Assembly: GCF_000143415.4 (NCBI RefSeq)
Contig: NW_003314365.1
Location: 263,902-327,901, forward strand
Length of the DNA: 64,000 nucleotides
Reading direction: 5' to 3'
Source: Selaginella moellendorffii
Lineage: Eukaryota; Plantae; Lycopodiophyta
Position 1 is the first letter of the stretch; every line of letters begins with the position of its first letter. Below are positions 33,717 through 47,747 of the stretch, one piece after another. The position numbers were made by a program, and so were the translations under genes. Below the pieces are notes generated by a model that made no database searches, was not told where the DNA came from, and worked only from the letters and a program-made list of their open reading frames with translations.

Positions 33717-35355
33717 TCATCGTATCAATCTTGGTCTCATGAATTCCGAGAGTATCTGAAAGAAAAACATGCAAGAAAAATCAACCCATTTTTCAAGCCA
33801 CTCTTGCTACCTTGTCGTCAACTTCCGCTTTTAGTTGCTGGAGATTCTCCAGCACTTCCCACAGAACCTTGCTGAGGTCGTTTTTCAGGTCTTCCAGAGA
33901 TCTCTTTCCTGACGAGAAGTCCTGTGAGAGCCTTGATTAATATACGAACAAAGCATGTTTTAAGTACATTACCGCTTTCATTTCTTCAAGAACGGCATCG
34001 TTTTCCTCGAAAAAGGTGAGGTACGCGAGCACAGACTCCACGGCAGCACCAGCCAACTGAAACGACAGTATTGGAGAAAAGAACACGCCAAATAAAGGAG
34101 TTTTGTGTAACCTTTTGCTTGATCTCCTCCAGCGTATCGGTGACAAAGATTGCTGAGTTGGGAGAACTTGCAGACATTTTGCCAGAACCGTCACCCGCCT
34201 GGGTGAGGCGACAGCATAAGAAAGAAGTAAAACAAGGAAAAACGATAGCTCACTTCGATGCTCGGTAGAAACCGGGACTCTATCAAAGCGGGCTTGTAGA
34301 GCTTGAGGCGTGGAGCCAAATCCCGACTGAGCCTGAAGTATGGATCCTACACAGAAAGAAAGAATGAATAAAAGTGGTAAACAGACATGAAAAGTTAGAC
34401 CTGATCAATTGCACATGGAATGAGACATCTCATCTTGATTCCCTCTCCAAACACATCATCGAAAGACGTCGAGAATGCTGGTGCAATCTGATGTTACATT
34501 CAAATGACATGAGTAAAAGTCTACTAGAGCAGCGAGCAATACCTGGACAGCGGGGTACAAAAGCTTCCCGAGGACATCCGTTTCTGCGTTCAATCCAAAA
34601 ACAGCACTCATCTGCAGGCTCCGTCGCAAAGATTCTCCAGTGATCAAAGAAATCATCATACCGCATTGCTGCTGAGAAAACTCGAAATAGTGAGCACGTT
34701 GTCGAACAGGGCACTGTAGGGAGCCGGAGACATAAGAAAAGATCAAAACGAGATTACCGCACCACGTACCCAGAGACATAGTCTAAATTAGAGAATATAA
34801 AAGTCCGCTCCAAACGAAATCCGCAAGAAATGATATCCTTGGCATTGTTTCGGCCCAGTCTTTGGCACTCTTCCTGGCTTATATCTTTCCAGATGAACTT
34901 CTCATCATCGGATAGCTGAATCACCAGAGGGACATCGAAAGCGTCCTGCAAGTACCTTTGGAAATCGTTAGAAACACTCCTAGAGCTTGAGAGAGTAGAG
35001 TGCGTACTTTGTGAACATGAATTGCACAAGGTGGCCCAAATGTAAGGATTCCGACGATGGTCCACGCCCCGTGTACAAGAAGAACTTGTGGCCTTGCTCG
35101 TACGCATCGAGAATGGACTCTAGATCCCTGGTAGAGGAGAGGGGATTGCACGGGTTTACCGAAACGAGCATACCTGTGAGCGAAGAAAATCCCGCGGCGC
35201 AAGAATGGATGGGCGGGCTTGTTGGTCAGCTTCTCCAGTCGCTGGATGAGCTGTGGATCGATCAGCTTGCATCCAAAATCCGAGACGATCCGCGCGTAAT
35301 CAACGGCGCCATTCCTCGCCGAAACAGAGTAAGGCGTCACAACCTGTTCACCCAT
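33717..35355 (-). CDS. Divergent cytosolic-type tryptophanyl-tRNA synthetase paralog (multi-exon, intact frame)
   Basis: [15 protein letters not shown] (HIGH), [16 protein letters not shown]|DPYFR and GKMSAS (KMSKS). Exons join in frame via GT-AG introns to ...[12 protein letters not shown]. Confidence 0.92.
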
Positions 35356-35436
35356 AATTCTAGGGCAGATATTAAAGGTTCCGGCAAACTTTATATTCTC
35401 TTTGGTGACATGGCTGCCCTCCTTTTCATGGCGAAC

Positions 35437-38244
35437 TTAAAAACCATGAAACAATGGAGGTGGCAAGCCCAGATCCTTGCTCTGCTCCACGCTGCAATGC
35501 ATCGTTCCAGGGATCGCTCCAGACACCAGCCTTGCCGGCTCAAATCCCGAAGCTACGAAGTGAGCCAGTGCCAGAGTGCCATCGACAACATCCCGCAAGT
35601 TTGGAAGCGACATGGACAGTGTCATTGGCCGCTTCACCGCTGCTCCAGCCTTTGCCTGCTGCTCACTCGCGCTTCCTCTGTCCAGCTTTGTCATCTCCAG
35701 GAACCTCTCGGTTGCAGCCTCCCACGACAAGCGATGGCACTCCTCGGCCGACAGCGGCACCGGCTCCGACGCCATGGCCACCTTCACCTTCTCCACGAAT
35801 TCCGTGGGGCTGCTGTAAGTGAGGCAGTTTGGGAAGCCCCGGAAGAACTCGTTGGACGGATGATCGGCGCAAACAACGATCTTTCCCATGGCCAGTGCCT
35901 CTGCCGTCGTCGTGCACACCACATCGCTCACGCTTGGATTGATAAACACCTTATAGCTGCAACAGAGACCCGTTAGTAAGCAACCATATCCAAGTCCAAA
36001 AGAGAGTACCTGTGTAGAGACTCGTCTGCATGGTCTCTGCCTTGATGGAAATTTATGCCCAGGCCAAGGTTCTGAGCCGTCGACTTCACATCGGCTGCAT
36101 CTTCTCCGGAACCATAAACGTCCAGCTTCAAGTCCGCCAGGTCCTGCTTGTATTGCGCTAGTAAATTAACAAGTTCCCTGTACCCCTTTCCCCATATCAT
36201 CTTGCCGAGGAAGTAAGCGCCCTTGGTGAAGGCAGACTTGCCAGAGTCTGTTTCCACGGTCACCTTCTTCCCAATCTCCAAAAACTTCGGACTCACGCCG
36301 TGGACGTTGCAAACTTGCGATTTCGGCAGCTCTTGTGTAGCAGCGGAGAGCCGCAATACCTGTAACACCGCGGTTCACTACAAGCAGAATCAAAGTGAAG
36401 AAAAGCACGGCGTACCTTGTTACAGTAGATGCCGACCACCCAATTATTGATGTGCTTGAGTAGAAACGCTTGCAAGGCACCGTTCTTTTCGCGTTGAACG
36501 TACTCCAAGTAGTTGGTGTGGACCACGCCAATCACGTCCTTGAACTTCTTGTTCCATCTTCTCCCGTGGTAGTACCACGTGAGATGCTCCGGCTCCTCCA
36601 AAACCGCGACGTCTGCTTCTTTATCGGGTATGAACTGCGAGATATCACCGCAAGCCAGTATACTTCGCTTGTGCGTCGAGAACTGCAAATTCACCAGCAT
36701 TAAGACGATCGCTATGATACAAGCTTACTCTGCCGGGGTAGAATGCAATCTTGAAATCCGCCTTGAATCCAATTCTTTCCTCCAGCCAAGTACGAACGTA
36801 CGATTCCTGTTCCTCGGGAGTGTTGAAGCTCATGTGGCTGGGATATACCAGAGCCTGGTCCTTCTTACAAAGCCAAGGAATGAGCAAGGTCACATTTCTC
36901 ATCCCGTCCTTGGCTAAGTATGCCGCACGGAACAAAGGATTAACAGCGGTTCCTGTCATCCATGGCAAGCTTGCCGTCGTCACGATTGCAATTTTACGCC
37001 TTCCATCGTCTGGCAAATCCGCAGCTTCAGTACCCTCCTTCCACATTCCACCTCTGTACCTGTACCCTGTGCTCTGCAGAACACTAGCGACCCTCAAGTC
37101 CAGGTCGTCCTTGGGTTCTGACTCTGTCGACGTTGCTACAAGCTCCGCGTTGCCGCTGGATGCGCGTTTGCACCGCCGCAGCATCTTACAGAAGCTCACG
37201 GAGACGTCTGCATGATCATACAGTCAATGCCACAAAACAGAAACACGAACCTTTTCTCACGCCGAGTTGATCAAGGAAAGGCTCTGATTGCCTCACCAGA
37301 TTCTCCAGCAGCTCGGGAACGTCCAAGGGCGCCACATCATTTCCAGGCTCCTGACGCGCCTTCGTTAAGAACTACTAAGTAGAAGTCTAGAAAGAAAAGA
37401 GTCGAACCTCTGTAAGTTTTCTCGCACCATCGGAATTTGGAAGAGTGAGTTTCTGCAACAAGGAGCAAACGAAAGCAAAGCTTATGCTCTGAGAACCAGA
37501 AGAGAGGTGGCTTACCAGGCTGCTCTTGACGTTCTCAAACAGTTCCGTCTTCTTGACGTTCTCGAGGAACTCGGAGGGCGTCTTGCTCTTGGCCGCAGTC
37601 GATTCCAAATCCCTGAGTCCTTCTTTCATTCGTTTGAGAGGCTCCCAGTCCTCTGAGGCTGGCAACTTCACCATCTTTCTCGTCCGTTTGGCACTGGTGC
37701 CTGTGCCCCTCTCCCGCCACCTCCAGCTCGCATTGTCGCCCTTGACCCAAGGGGAGCGCTGCTCCAAGGAAGTAGTGGATGGATCGTCGCCATCGCCATC
37801 GCTGGCCAAGGGAGCAAGAGCCTTCTTGAGCATGGACAGATCCATCCTGTCCCTGCTCCTCTTGGAGTCATCACGCTTGACGAAGTTGGGATCCGACTGG
37901 ATTCTCCTGAAAGTGGAGAGCGTGGGCCGCAACCTCCGTATGAATTCCACGTCCTCCACCTGTGCCGAGATGGCTGTGAGCGGAGAAATGGCCAGAGGAG
38001 CCGGCGACGCGTGCTGCCTCTCCTTGAATCTCCCCAGGAGATCGCGACTGCTGCCCGGGACTGGAAACCTAAAATTCTCCCACTCCTTGTCTAGGGTGCT
38101 GGCCAGATCCCGGAACGATTTGGCCCGCGCCTTCATCAGCTTGAAGTCCTGATCCGCGCTCCTTTGCACGTCCGATAAGCTCCGAGAGATGAAGGACAGA
38201 GCTCGCTCCGTCCGCCCATCCACGGAATCCACCCACGCCGCCAT
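35437..38244 (-). CDS. DGD1: Digalactosyldiacylglycerol synthase 1 (long N-terminal extension + GT4 domain)
   Basis: [65 protein letters not shown] and [22 protein letters not shown]. Confidence 0.97.
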
Positions 38245-38502
38245 CCCTGGGTGCAATCCAATTGCTCGCTTGCTCGCTTGCTTGCTTGCTGATGAGACCT
38301 AAGCTCGTTCTAACTATAGCTCGCCCAGCCCAGCAGTAGTGCGTACCCCATGAATTTCTTCTCCAGATTGCCGCAATGCCGCCGCGGTGGTTAAAAGCAA
38401 GTCTTCTGCGTCTGTGAGGAGGAAAGGATATGCGGGCATCCCGCCCTGTGCATATGCTGTAGCCACGTGGTCCGCTGACGTGGACAGAATGTCCCTGGAA
38501 TC

Positions 38503-38542
38503 ATCTCTCTCTCTCTCTCTCTCTCTGTGCGTGTCTCTCTCT
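38503..38542. repeat. (CT)n microsatellite in the DGD1/RLPH divergent promoter
   Basis: Direct observation. Confidence 0.85.
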
Positions 38543-38695
38543 CCCGTTTTGCTTAAAGAGACGGCGATGAATGGCGCGCTTTGGAAGGGAATCCGCGTAA
38601 TAACGCCCCAGGAGGTTTCCCCAAATCTAAGCACTCCGCGCCACGCAAAGCTAGGGTTTGTCACTCCCGGGCCCGGCAGCTTCGCGAAGCTGGCC

Positions 38696-39850
38696 ATGGC
38701 GGCGACGACCGTGGCGAGGCGCCCGACGGTGTGCATTGGCGATGTGCACGGCCACTTGATCCGGCTGCACGCGCTGTGGCGGAATCTGGAAGCAGGACTG
38801 GGCGCGCTGTTCGCATCGGCCACGGTGATTTTCCTCGGGGATTACTGCGACAGGGGCCCCGATACCGCCGGGGTGCTGGATTTCCTCGTCGCATTGCCCA
38901 CCTCATATCCCTCCCAGAAGCACGTCTTCCTGTGCGGGAATCACGACTTTGGGATGTCGGCCTTCCTGGGGCTGCTCCCGGCGGTGCCTGGCTTCCCGTT
39001 TAGCCGGACGTGGGAGGGGACCAAGGGCGCCGAGGAGAAGCAAGAGGCGGAGGGGTGGTGGAGCGGGCGTGGATTCGAGGACATGCACTTGCAAGGGAGG
39101 CGATGGGGTGGCAGGGTCAAGGCCAAGTTTAACGTGAAGAAGAACATGGAGTACAGGGGCTCCATCTTTGATTCGGAGCCCACGTTTAGCTCTTACGGGG
39201 TGGAGCATGGCGATCGGGAAGGTAGTCTTTTCTTTTTCCGCAGCCATTTTTGCTCCTTCCTGAGTCATTCTGTGTTTGTGATGGTGTGCGTAGGACTGCT
39301 TGGTGCTGTTCCTGAGGATCACAAGGCATTCTTGCGGAAGCTCGTGTGGATCTACGAGCAGGTATATTGTTTTTACTCTTTATCGATTCCATTCTTTCAC
39401 CCCACCAGGATGGAAGCGAGAGCTGCGGCAAGCTCGTTGCAGTTCACGCGGGGCTTGAAGCAGCGCGGCCCCTGGAAGAGCAGCTGAGAGTTCTCAGGGA
39501 GAAGGACGTGAGGCTTTCGAGGCACGAGAACATGCTGGGACGGAGCAACGTGTGGAATGCTCCAGAGGCAAGAAGTATATTGAGTCTCTCGTAGGTACTC
39601 AAAATTTCTCCTTTTTTTTTTTGTTCAGGAGCTTGTCAAGGATGGCGTGATGGTGGTGAGCGGCCATCACGGATCGCTGCATATGGAGAGTCACAGGCTT
39701 ATAATCGACGAGAGTGGCGGACAGGATAACATGCCCCTGGCTGCCGTCGTGCTGCCTGGTAGACAAATCGTCCGAGACACAGATAGTATTGGTCACGTCC
39801 TGGATGGTTTGGCCCAATCACCTCTCTCTCTCCAAGCTAGTGCCGATTGA
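38696..39850 (+). CDS. RLPH: Rhizobiales-like phosphatase (PPP family, RLPH), multi-exon
   Basis: GDVHG, FLGDYCDRGP, CGNHDF, MHLQGRRWGG, AVHAGL, SGHHG and IIDESGG. Confidence 0.93.
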
Positions 39851-39891
39851 GAGATAAAGAGTTTACCTGAGGGTAGGGCAACGAGAGAAAG

Positions 39892-40739
39892 ATGGCTTTG
39901 TTTTGCCAGGCAAGGGGAATCCATGGCGCCAGCATGAGTGTGTCTTGCGGCAGCAGGGAATGGCGAAGGCCACAGAGTGTGGTGTGTGTCAAGAAGAAGG
40001 AGGAGAGTAGCGTGGTGTGGGAGGGGGCGGAGAGTGAGATTGAGCTGGACAAGTCGGACCTGTTGCAGCTCAAATTCAGCCGGTTGCTGGGGGAGTCGCG
40101 GGAGACGAGCATTGCAAAGGTTCCATTTCTTCTCATTTCTTCTCACCTCCTCTCTCTCATGATCCTGCTCTGCAGGTGGTGGCCAAGAAACTCAATCCCC
40201 ACCTCAACAATCTGGAGATCCACAAGCTGGTGAAGAAGAGGGGCGCGGATGCTCTGATGCGCCTCGTCTCCGATTCCTGGATGCAACGAGCTGCTGCCGC
40301 CACGGAGCCACCGGAACCCAAGCCTGTGAATCCTCCTCCAGGAATCGCTGCTCTCGCCCGCGCTCAAGCTCCAGAATTCGAAAACGGTGGCCTCATCGCT
40401 CTCGCACCCAAGCCGCCCAAGCCAGCAATCGGACCATCGGAGGAGGAGGATGGTGGAACGCTGGATGCGGCTGTCAACCCCGAGTGGATGGACACCGACA
40501 TCTCCATGGAGAAGTTCGTCAAGCTGCTGAACGAGCGCGAGCTGGACGTGATGAAAAAGGAAGATGGGATGAATGCGCGGCGAGCGGACAAGAAGCCGGC
40601 CAAGAAATTCGATCGTCGGCCTCGCAGCAGTGACGTGATTGGGCGGAGGCGCAGGGCCAAGTCGCGGCAGATGCCCTTCTCCACCTCCGCTAACGCGAAC
40701 AGGAAGCTCACCAAGAACAAGGGGAAACCAGCCAAGTAA
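39892..40739 (+). CDS. Truncated tandem paralog of the SDP-type S1 protein (N-terminal domain only, basic tail)
   Basis: LDKSDLLQLKFSRLLGESRETSIAK|VVAKKLNP matches LDKADLMQLEMRRMLGDSRDLSIAK|VVAKKLNP of the next gene, with the same intron position. No S1 domains. Confidence 0.8.
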
Positions 40740-40805
40740 ATGTAGGGTTCATAGGTAGGGCTTCTTGTCACTCTCCTCCACTGGTGGAAAAATAGGAAGA
40801 TTTCT

Positions 40806-43800
40806 ATGGTTCATGCCTGGCTATGGCCGAATCCGTCGTCGGCCTTGGCCCTGGGATGCATTCCTCCTCCTCCACAGCAGCAGGCATTGGGTCGCGGGCG
40901 GAGGGCTGGGATTTGGATTGCCGCTGCCAAGAGGCAGCAGTGGGAGGACGTCTGGGAGCCCAGACAAGTGACGCTCGACAAGGCGGATCTCATGCAGCTG
41001 GAAATGCGTCGCATGCTCGGAGACTCTCGCGACCTCAGCATTGCAAAGGTGAGGGAATTCCAGGGCTAGCTATACGATGATTGTCTTCTCGTTCTGTTCC
41101 ATAGGTGGTGGCCAAGAAGCTCAATCCATCCGCCACTAATCTCGAGGTGGAGAAGATTGTCAAGCAGAAAGGTGTCAAGACGTTCCTCAGCCTGGTTGTC
41201 AAGGAGTCGGATTTGGACGAGGATCGAGAAGCAGCGATTCAACGTAAGGATGAAGCCATGGACAAGTCCAGAAGCGAAGCGCCGCCGCCGGTCATGCTCT
41301 CGCCAAGGCCTTCGTTTGGTGATGGAGCTGCTTCTCCTCCACCTCGTCGTCAAGCTGGAGGTTTTGAGTTTGAGTGGCCCCGGGAAGCAGACGAGCTACG
41401 AAAGAATTTGGAGGACGACTATCGGGATTTCTCCAGGCCCGATATCATCCAGCTCTCTCCGAAGCCTAGAGGTGGTTCTTCGACGACACCACGCGTTGGT
41501 AAGCCTTTGGTTCCCAGGCTTCCATCATCGGATGCTCAAAGGACGTCTCCTGGAAAAGCTGAAGCCCCGGAAAAGCCCGCTCCTGAGCTTCATTCAAGAC
41601 CCTCGAGGGGTGGCGGAGCTAAGGACATGTTTCCAGTCGCAGGTATAACACCACAGCAGGCGCCTCCACCTCCAAAAAAGCTGCCTGTTCCCAGTCTCAG
41701 CTCCAGGCCTGCAATCCCGCAGCCAACTCCACCATCACATCAGCAAGAACATACACCGGCAAATGCCGTGCAAGAAAAACCAGACTTACACGTGCCTGAG
41801 CTCACGCTGAGACCTACAATGCGGCTCCCAACTCCACCTGCAGAACCCGAACAGGAGTCCAAAGCTCCACCACAAACGATTGCGATGCAAGTTCCAAGCC
41901 TCACCTCAAGACCTGAAATGCCGGCTCCTACTAGTAAAGCCGAACACGAAGCCCAACAGCAGATGGGACCGGACTTAACAGGAGTGCCGATACCAGAGAT
42001 GACTCCACCAGCAACGATCCAAGAAGTAGAAGATCTCGTAAAACTCGAGAAAGAACCAGACTTAACCGTTTCAGGTCTTGCTCCCAGGCCTGAGGTCCGG
42101 TCTTCAAAACTGGAGACGAAAGAACACTCGGATAACCCGACTCCAACCAGACAAGACAAGGAGTTACGAACTCCAAGTCTCACTTCGAGACCTGCGCTTC
42201 GGCCGTTAACACCACCTGCAGCAGATGAGTTTTCAGCTGGAGAACGGCCTACAAGTGGACAAGAAATACCTGTGCCTAGCTTGAGTGCCAAGCCTGCCGT
42301 GCCAGTGTCCGAAAAATCCGAGGCGGCGGACAGTTTTGGAGAAGGGAAGGCGATTCCCGGTGGTGTTGACAGTGGAAATGGTTCCGCCGCTCATCTAGAA
42401 AGTTCATCTCCTCAACCAGCCAAGGTAGACCTGGATGCTGTGCAAGCAAAGTACAATCCTCAACCTGGTTATTTTGTGTTGTTTTGAAACGAGCCTTACT
42501 GGGTGTATGCAGGAAGCCTGCACCACGTCTTGTGCAAGAAACTGTGGCGGAAACTCCTGATCAAGTACGCATAAGAATGTTTGTTTAGTCGCTGATGTGG
42601 TTTTTTGCAGGAAGAAATAGACAAGGACTGGGCGCTAGCAGAGGTTGCTCTGGATACAAGGGCAATTCAAGACGTGTTGTTTATTGGGAGCAATGCGGGT
42701 GGAATGATCGTAAGTGGTTGTGTTCGTCTTCTTATTATTTTGTCACCATGGCATTTCTCAGGTGCGATTTGGTCACTTGAACGGTTTTGTTCCGGGAAAG
42801 GACTTGCTCGAGAGCCGAGGACTGAAAACTTTCAGGGCCTGGGCTAGAGAAAGGGGCCATGATGCCAATCACACGAGCATTTTGGACTCATCTAGCTCGT
42901 CAGAGTCGACGTTTGCCGTGTCCAAGATGAGCAACCAAGGCCTAACCGGCGAAGTTGAAAGTCATTTGCTACATCCAGCTTGCGACTCTGATCTAGACAG
43001 GGTTTACAGGGAGGAAAGGCTCTCCTTCCTTTCATCTTTAGTTGGCCAGGTACGTATAGCTCTAGGACATGTTTTATTTTACATCGCATATTTTATTGCC
43101 TGTACAGAGAGCAAAGGTTACTGTGACGTATGTGGATAAAGCGAAGAAAAAGCTTGTTTTCTCCGAAAGGAAGGCCGCCCTCGAAGATCCAGAGGTTACT
43201 CAGAGACGAGCTGATTTGATGGTTAGCCTTGTGTTCTAGTCTAATCTAGTGATACTGAACGGGCGCATTTTACAGGCAAAACTGAAGACTGGAGATATCG
43301 TGAAGGGAAGAGTCAGAAACATCTCCCTCTTTGGTGTTTTTGTAGAGGTTAGAAATAAGCAAGCAGTATGCTCTCTGAAGCTCTAACTTGTATCACGCAG
43401 CTGGTTGAAGGTGTTAGCGGGCTGATGCACTTCTCAGAGCTTTCGTGGACGCCTGTTCCTGATCCGGCAAAGTTCGTAAACGTTGGCCAGGTTTGTTGTA
43501 CGGATGTCATGTCGTCTTGGCTGAAACTTAACTTTCAACTTGTAGGAAATCGAGACAGCGGTACACAAACTCGATTACGATCGACAGCGTATATATCTTT
43601 CTCTGAAGAGGATGTCTGTAAGTAGATCTGAGTCCACACAAATGAACGCTAAATGGCCGTCTTTTGCGTTTTGACGACAGCCAGACCCGTTGTTAGAGAC
43701 CGTGGAAAGCATGCTGGCCCGACAAGAAGACGTGAATTCAAATTCTGCAACTGATCCACAAGTAAGATTGTTTCATGCCTGAGTCGTTCTCAGTGTATGT

Positions 43801-44186
43801 CATGCTTAGATCCTCAGCATTCCGGAGTTGGAGGCACTGCTTAAAAGGCTAGAATCGCGACAGGAGATCCAGGAAATAGTGAAAGGGCGACGCGTGCATA
43901 GTGCATCAGTCGTTCCGACTTTTCAGGTACAGAATCTGTTGGGATTTCTTCGTGACAATAACTCGGTGGTGAGCTCCAGGTGTACCTGTCTTCGGCGCAG
44001 CATGACGAAGCGTACAAGTTACTTGCTCGCTCTGGCAACGAAGTCCAGGAGGTACGTGTGTGCATGTCTTCTCTGCTCTCTTTAACGTTGCATGCGCAGG
44101 TGCTGCTTCGCACAAGTCTGGAGCGAAGCACGCTCAAATCCATCATATCGGAGTATACAACCAGTGTCCAGGAAGAAACAATCTAG
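40806..44186 (+). CDS. SDP: Chloroplast S1-domain RNA-binding protein, SDP (At1g12800)-like, multi-exon
   Basis: Conserved N-terminal domain, Pro-rich linker, S1 motifs (VRFGHLNGFVP; LKTGDIVKGRVRNISLFGVFVE; GVSGLMHFSELSW) and C-terminal YKLLARSGNEVQE. Confidence 0.85.
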
Positions 44187-44232
44187 ATAACTAGGCTCCT
44201 AAGTGCGAGTTTTTCGTTTCTTCCAGTGAGGC

Positions 44233-45351
44233 ATGCTAGATCGAAGCTCTTGCCTGGAACTCATGCGTTCCTGTTGCTCCCTTCCAAATGCAAGAAGGTT
44301 TCATTCCCAGGTGCAGCATTTTGACGTGTTTGTGGCCAACAAGGTGGTGGAGATGTATGGCAGGTGCGGCAGCCCGGCTCTCTCGAGGCAAGTGTTTGAC
44401 AGCATCCCTTGCAAGGACTGCTTCAGCTGGGTTCTGATGCTGTGCTCGTATGCCAACAACGACTGCCCGAACCAGGCCAAGAAACTCTTCGACGAGATGC
44501 CGGCATGGAACTTAGTGGCATGGACGGCCCTGCTCAACATGTACGCGCGAGGCGGCCAGACTGACCAAGCGCAGCTCGTCTACGACTCGATGGCAGAGCG
44601 AGACAACGTGTGTGCGCTGGTTATGATTTGGGTGTATGCCCGCACAGGGCATCTGGAGCAATCCAAGCACGTATTTGACGTGCTGCAAGACAAGAACCTC
44701 GCGTGCTGCAACGCAATGCTTTCGGCGTTTGGAAGCAGCGGAAGCATAGTGGAAGCGAAGGAAGTATTTATCGCCATGCGAGAGAGAGATGTCATATCGT
44801 GGAACGCCCTGCTTGCAGCCTATGCCCAATGCGGGCAAATGTCCAAGTGTGGCAATTTGTTTGGATGCATGCCCGAGCGGGACGTGGTGTCGTGGACGGC
44901 AGTCATCAGCGCCTACGCTCAAGCGGGCCAGCCGCAGATGGCACTGCAGCTCTTCAACGAAATGAACCTGGTGGAGCACCCGGATGGCATCTGTTTCGTG
45001 AGTGTTCTCGGGGCGTGGAGCCACAGAGGAGCTGTGAGAGGTGGCTGCCACTGCTTCACGTCCATGACTTGCGACTTTGGGCTTGTAGCGAGCGGGCAGC
45101 ACTACAGCTGCATGGTGAGCCTCTTGTGCAGGGCGGGATACGTGACCGACGCCCAAGCCTTGATGGCCGCCATGCCATTCGCTCCGACTGCCTTGGACTG
45201 GAGATGCTTCGTAGCGGCGTGTCGGGGCGGCCATTACAGCAGCAAGGATGGCCTTGCCGTCGCGTCCCAGGCTGCCATGCAAGCGGAGCCTGGCGTCGGT
45301 TCACCATATGTAATGCTCTCTAACATGTGTAGAGCGGCCACCGTGGTTTGA
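44233..45351 (+). CDS. Intronless PLS-class PPR protein with E domain (372 aa)
   Basis: Tandem S-type motifs (MPERDVVSWTAVISAYAQAG), HYSCMVSLLCRAG, MPFAP..LDW and PYVMLSN. Confidence 0.92.
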   Translation: MLDRSSCLELMRSCCSLPNARRFHSQVQHFDVFVANKVVEMYGRCGSPALSRQVFDSIPCKDCFSWVLMLCSYANNDCPNQAKKLFDEMPAWNLVAWTALLNMYARGGQTDQAQLVYDSMAERDNVCALVMIWVYARTGHLEQSKHVFDVLQDKNLACCNAMLSAFGSSGSIVEAKEVFIAMRERDVISWNALLAAYAQCGQMSKCGNLFGCMPERDVVSWTAVISAYAQAGQPQMALQLFNEMNLVEHPDGICFVSVLGAWSHRGAVRGGCHCFTSMTCDFGLVASGQHYSCMVSLLCRAGYVTDAQALMAAMPFAPTALDWRCFVAACRGGHYSSKDGLAVASQAAMQAEPGVGSPYVMLSNMCRAATVV

Positions 45352-45595
45352 TTATGGAAGCTGTTTCGAAAGATAGCACAAGAATGCTCCCATGCTTCGT
45401 ATCGGTACTTTCGCCAAGGAAGCTCCCTCACACACGATTCTCGACGCTACAGCATAGCCTACGACGATTGCTCAAAGACACTACGATAGAATTGAGGAGG
45501 ACCTCGCTAAGATTCCAGACTTGATTGCCGAGTCCTCTGGCTTGATCTGAAAAAAGAGGCTTTTATTGGCAAAATTCTATGGCCTTTGCGAGACG

Positions 45596-47531
<1,936 letters not shown>

Positions 47532-47747
47532 GATCAAATCCCAAATACCAAATACGTGAAGGGCGAAAAATAGGAAAAGGAAGAGATGCTATGGATCATT
47601 GGATTGGACACTTTCCAAATTTGACGCCGGGCCGAGTTGACGTGGCCCAATCGCTCTAATTGCATTATTGTTGTTGCGGCAAATGCAAGTAAAAGTGTCC
47701 GCTAGTCATCCAGTCCTAAACACCGATGATCCTCCACTCCAGATGAA

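Noticed and set aside
35011-35976. 321-aa + strand ORF spanning TrpRS and DGD1
   Set aside because: Antisense shadow of two GC-rich coding regions.
38387-38695. N-terminal extension of RLPH
   Set aside because: Non-ATG start, runs through a CT microsatellite and promoter; homology begins at ATG 38696.
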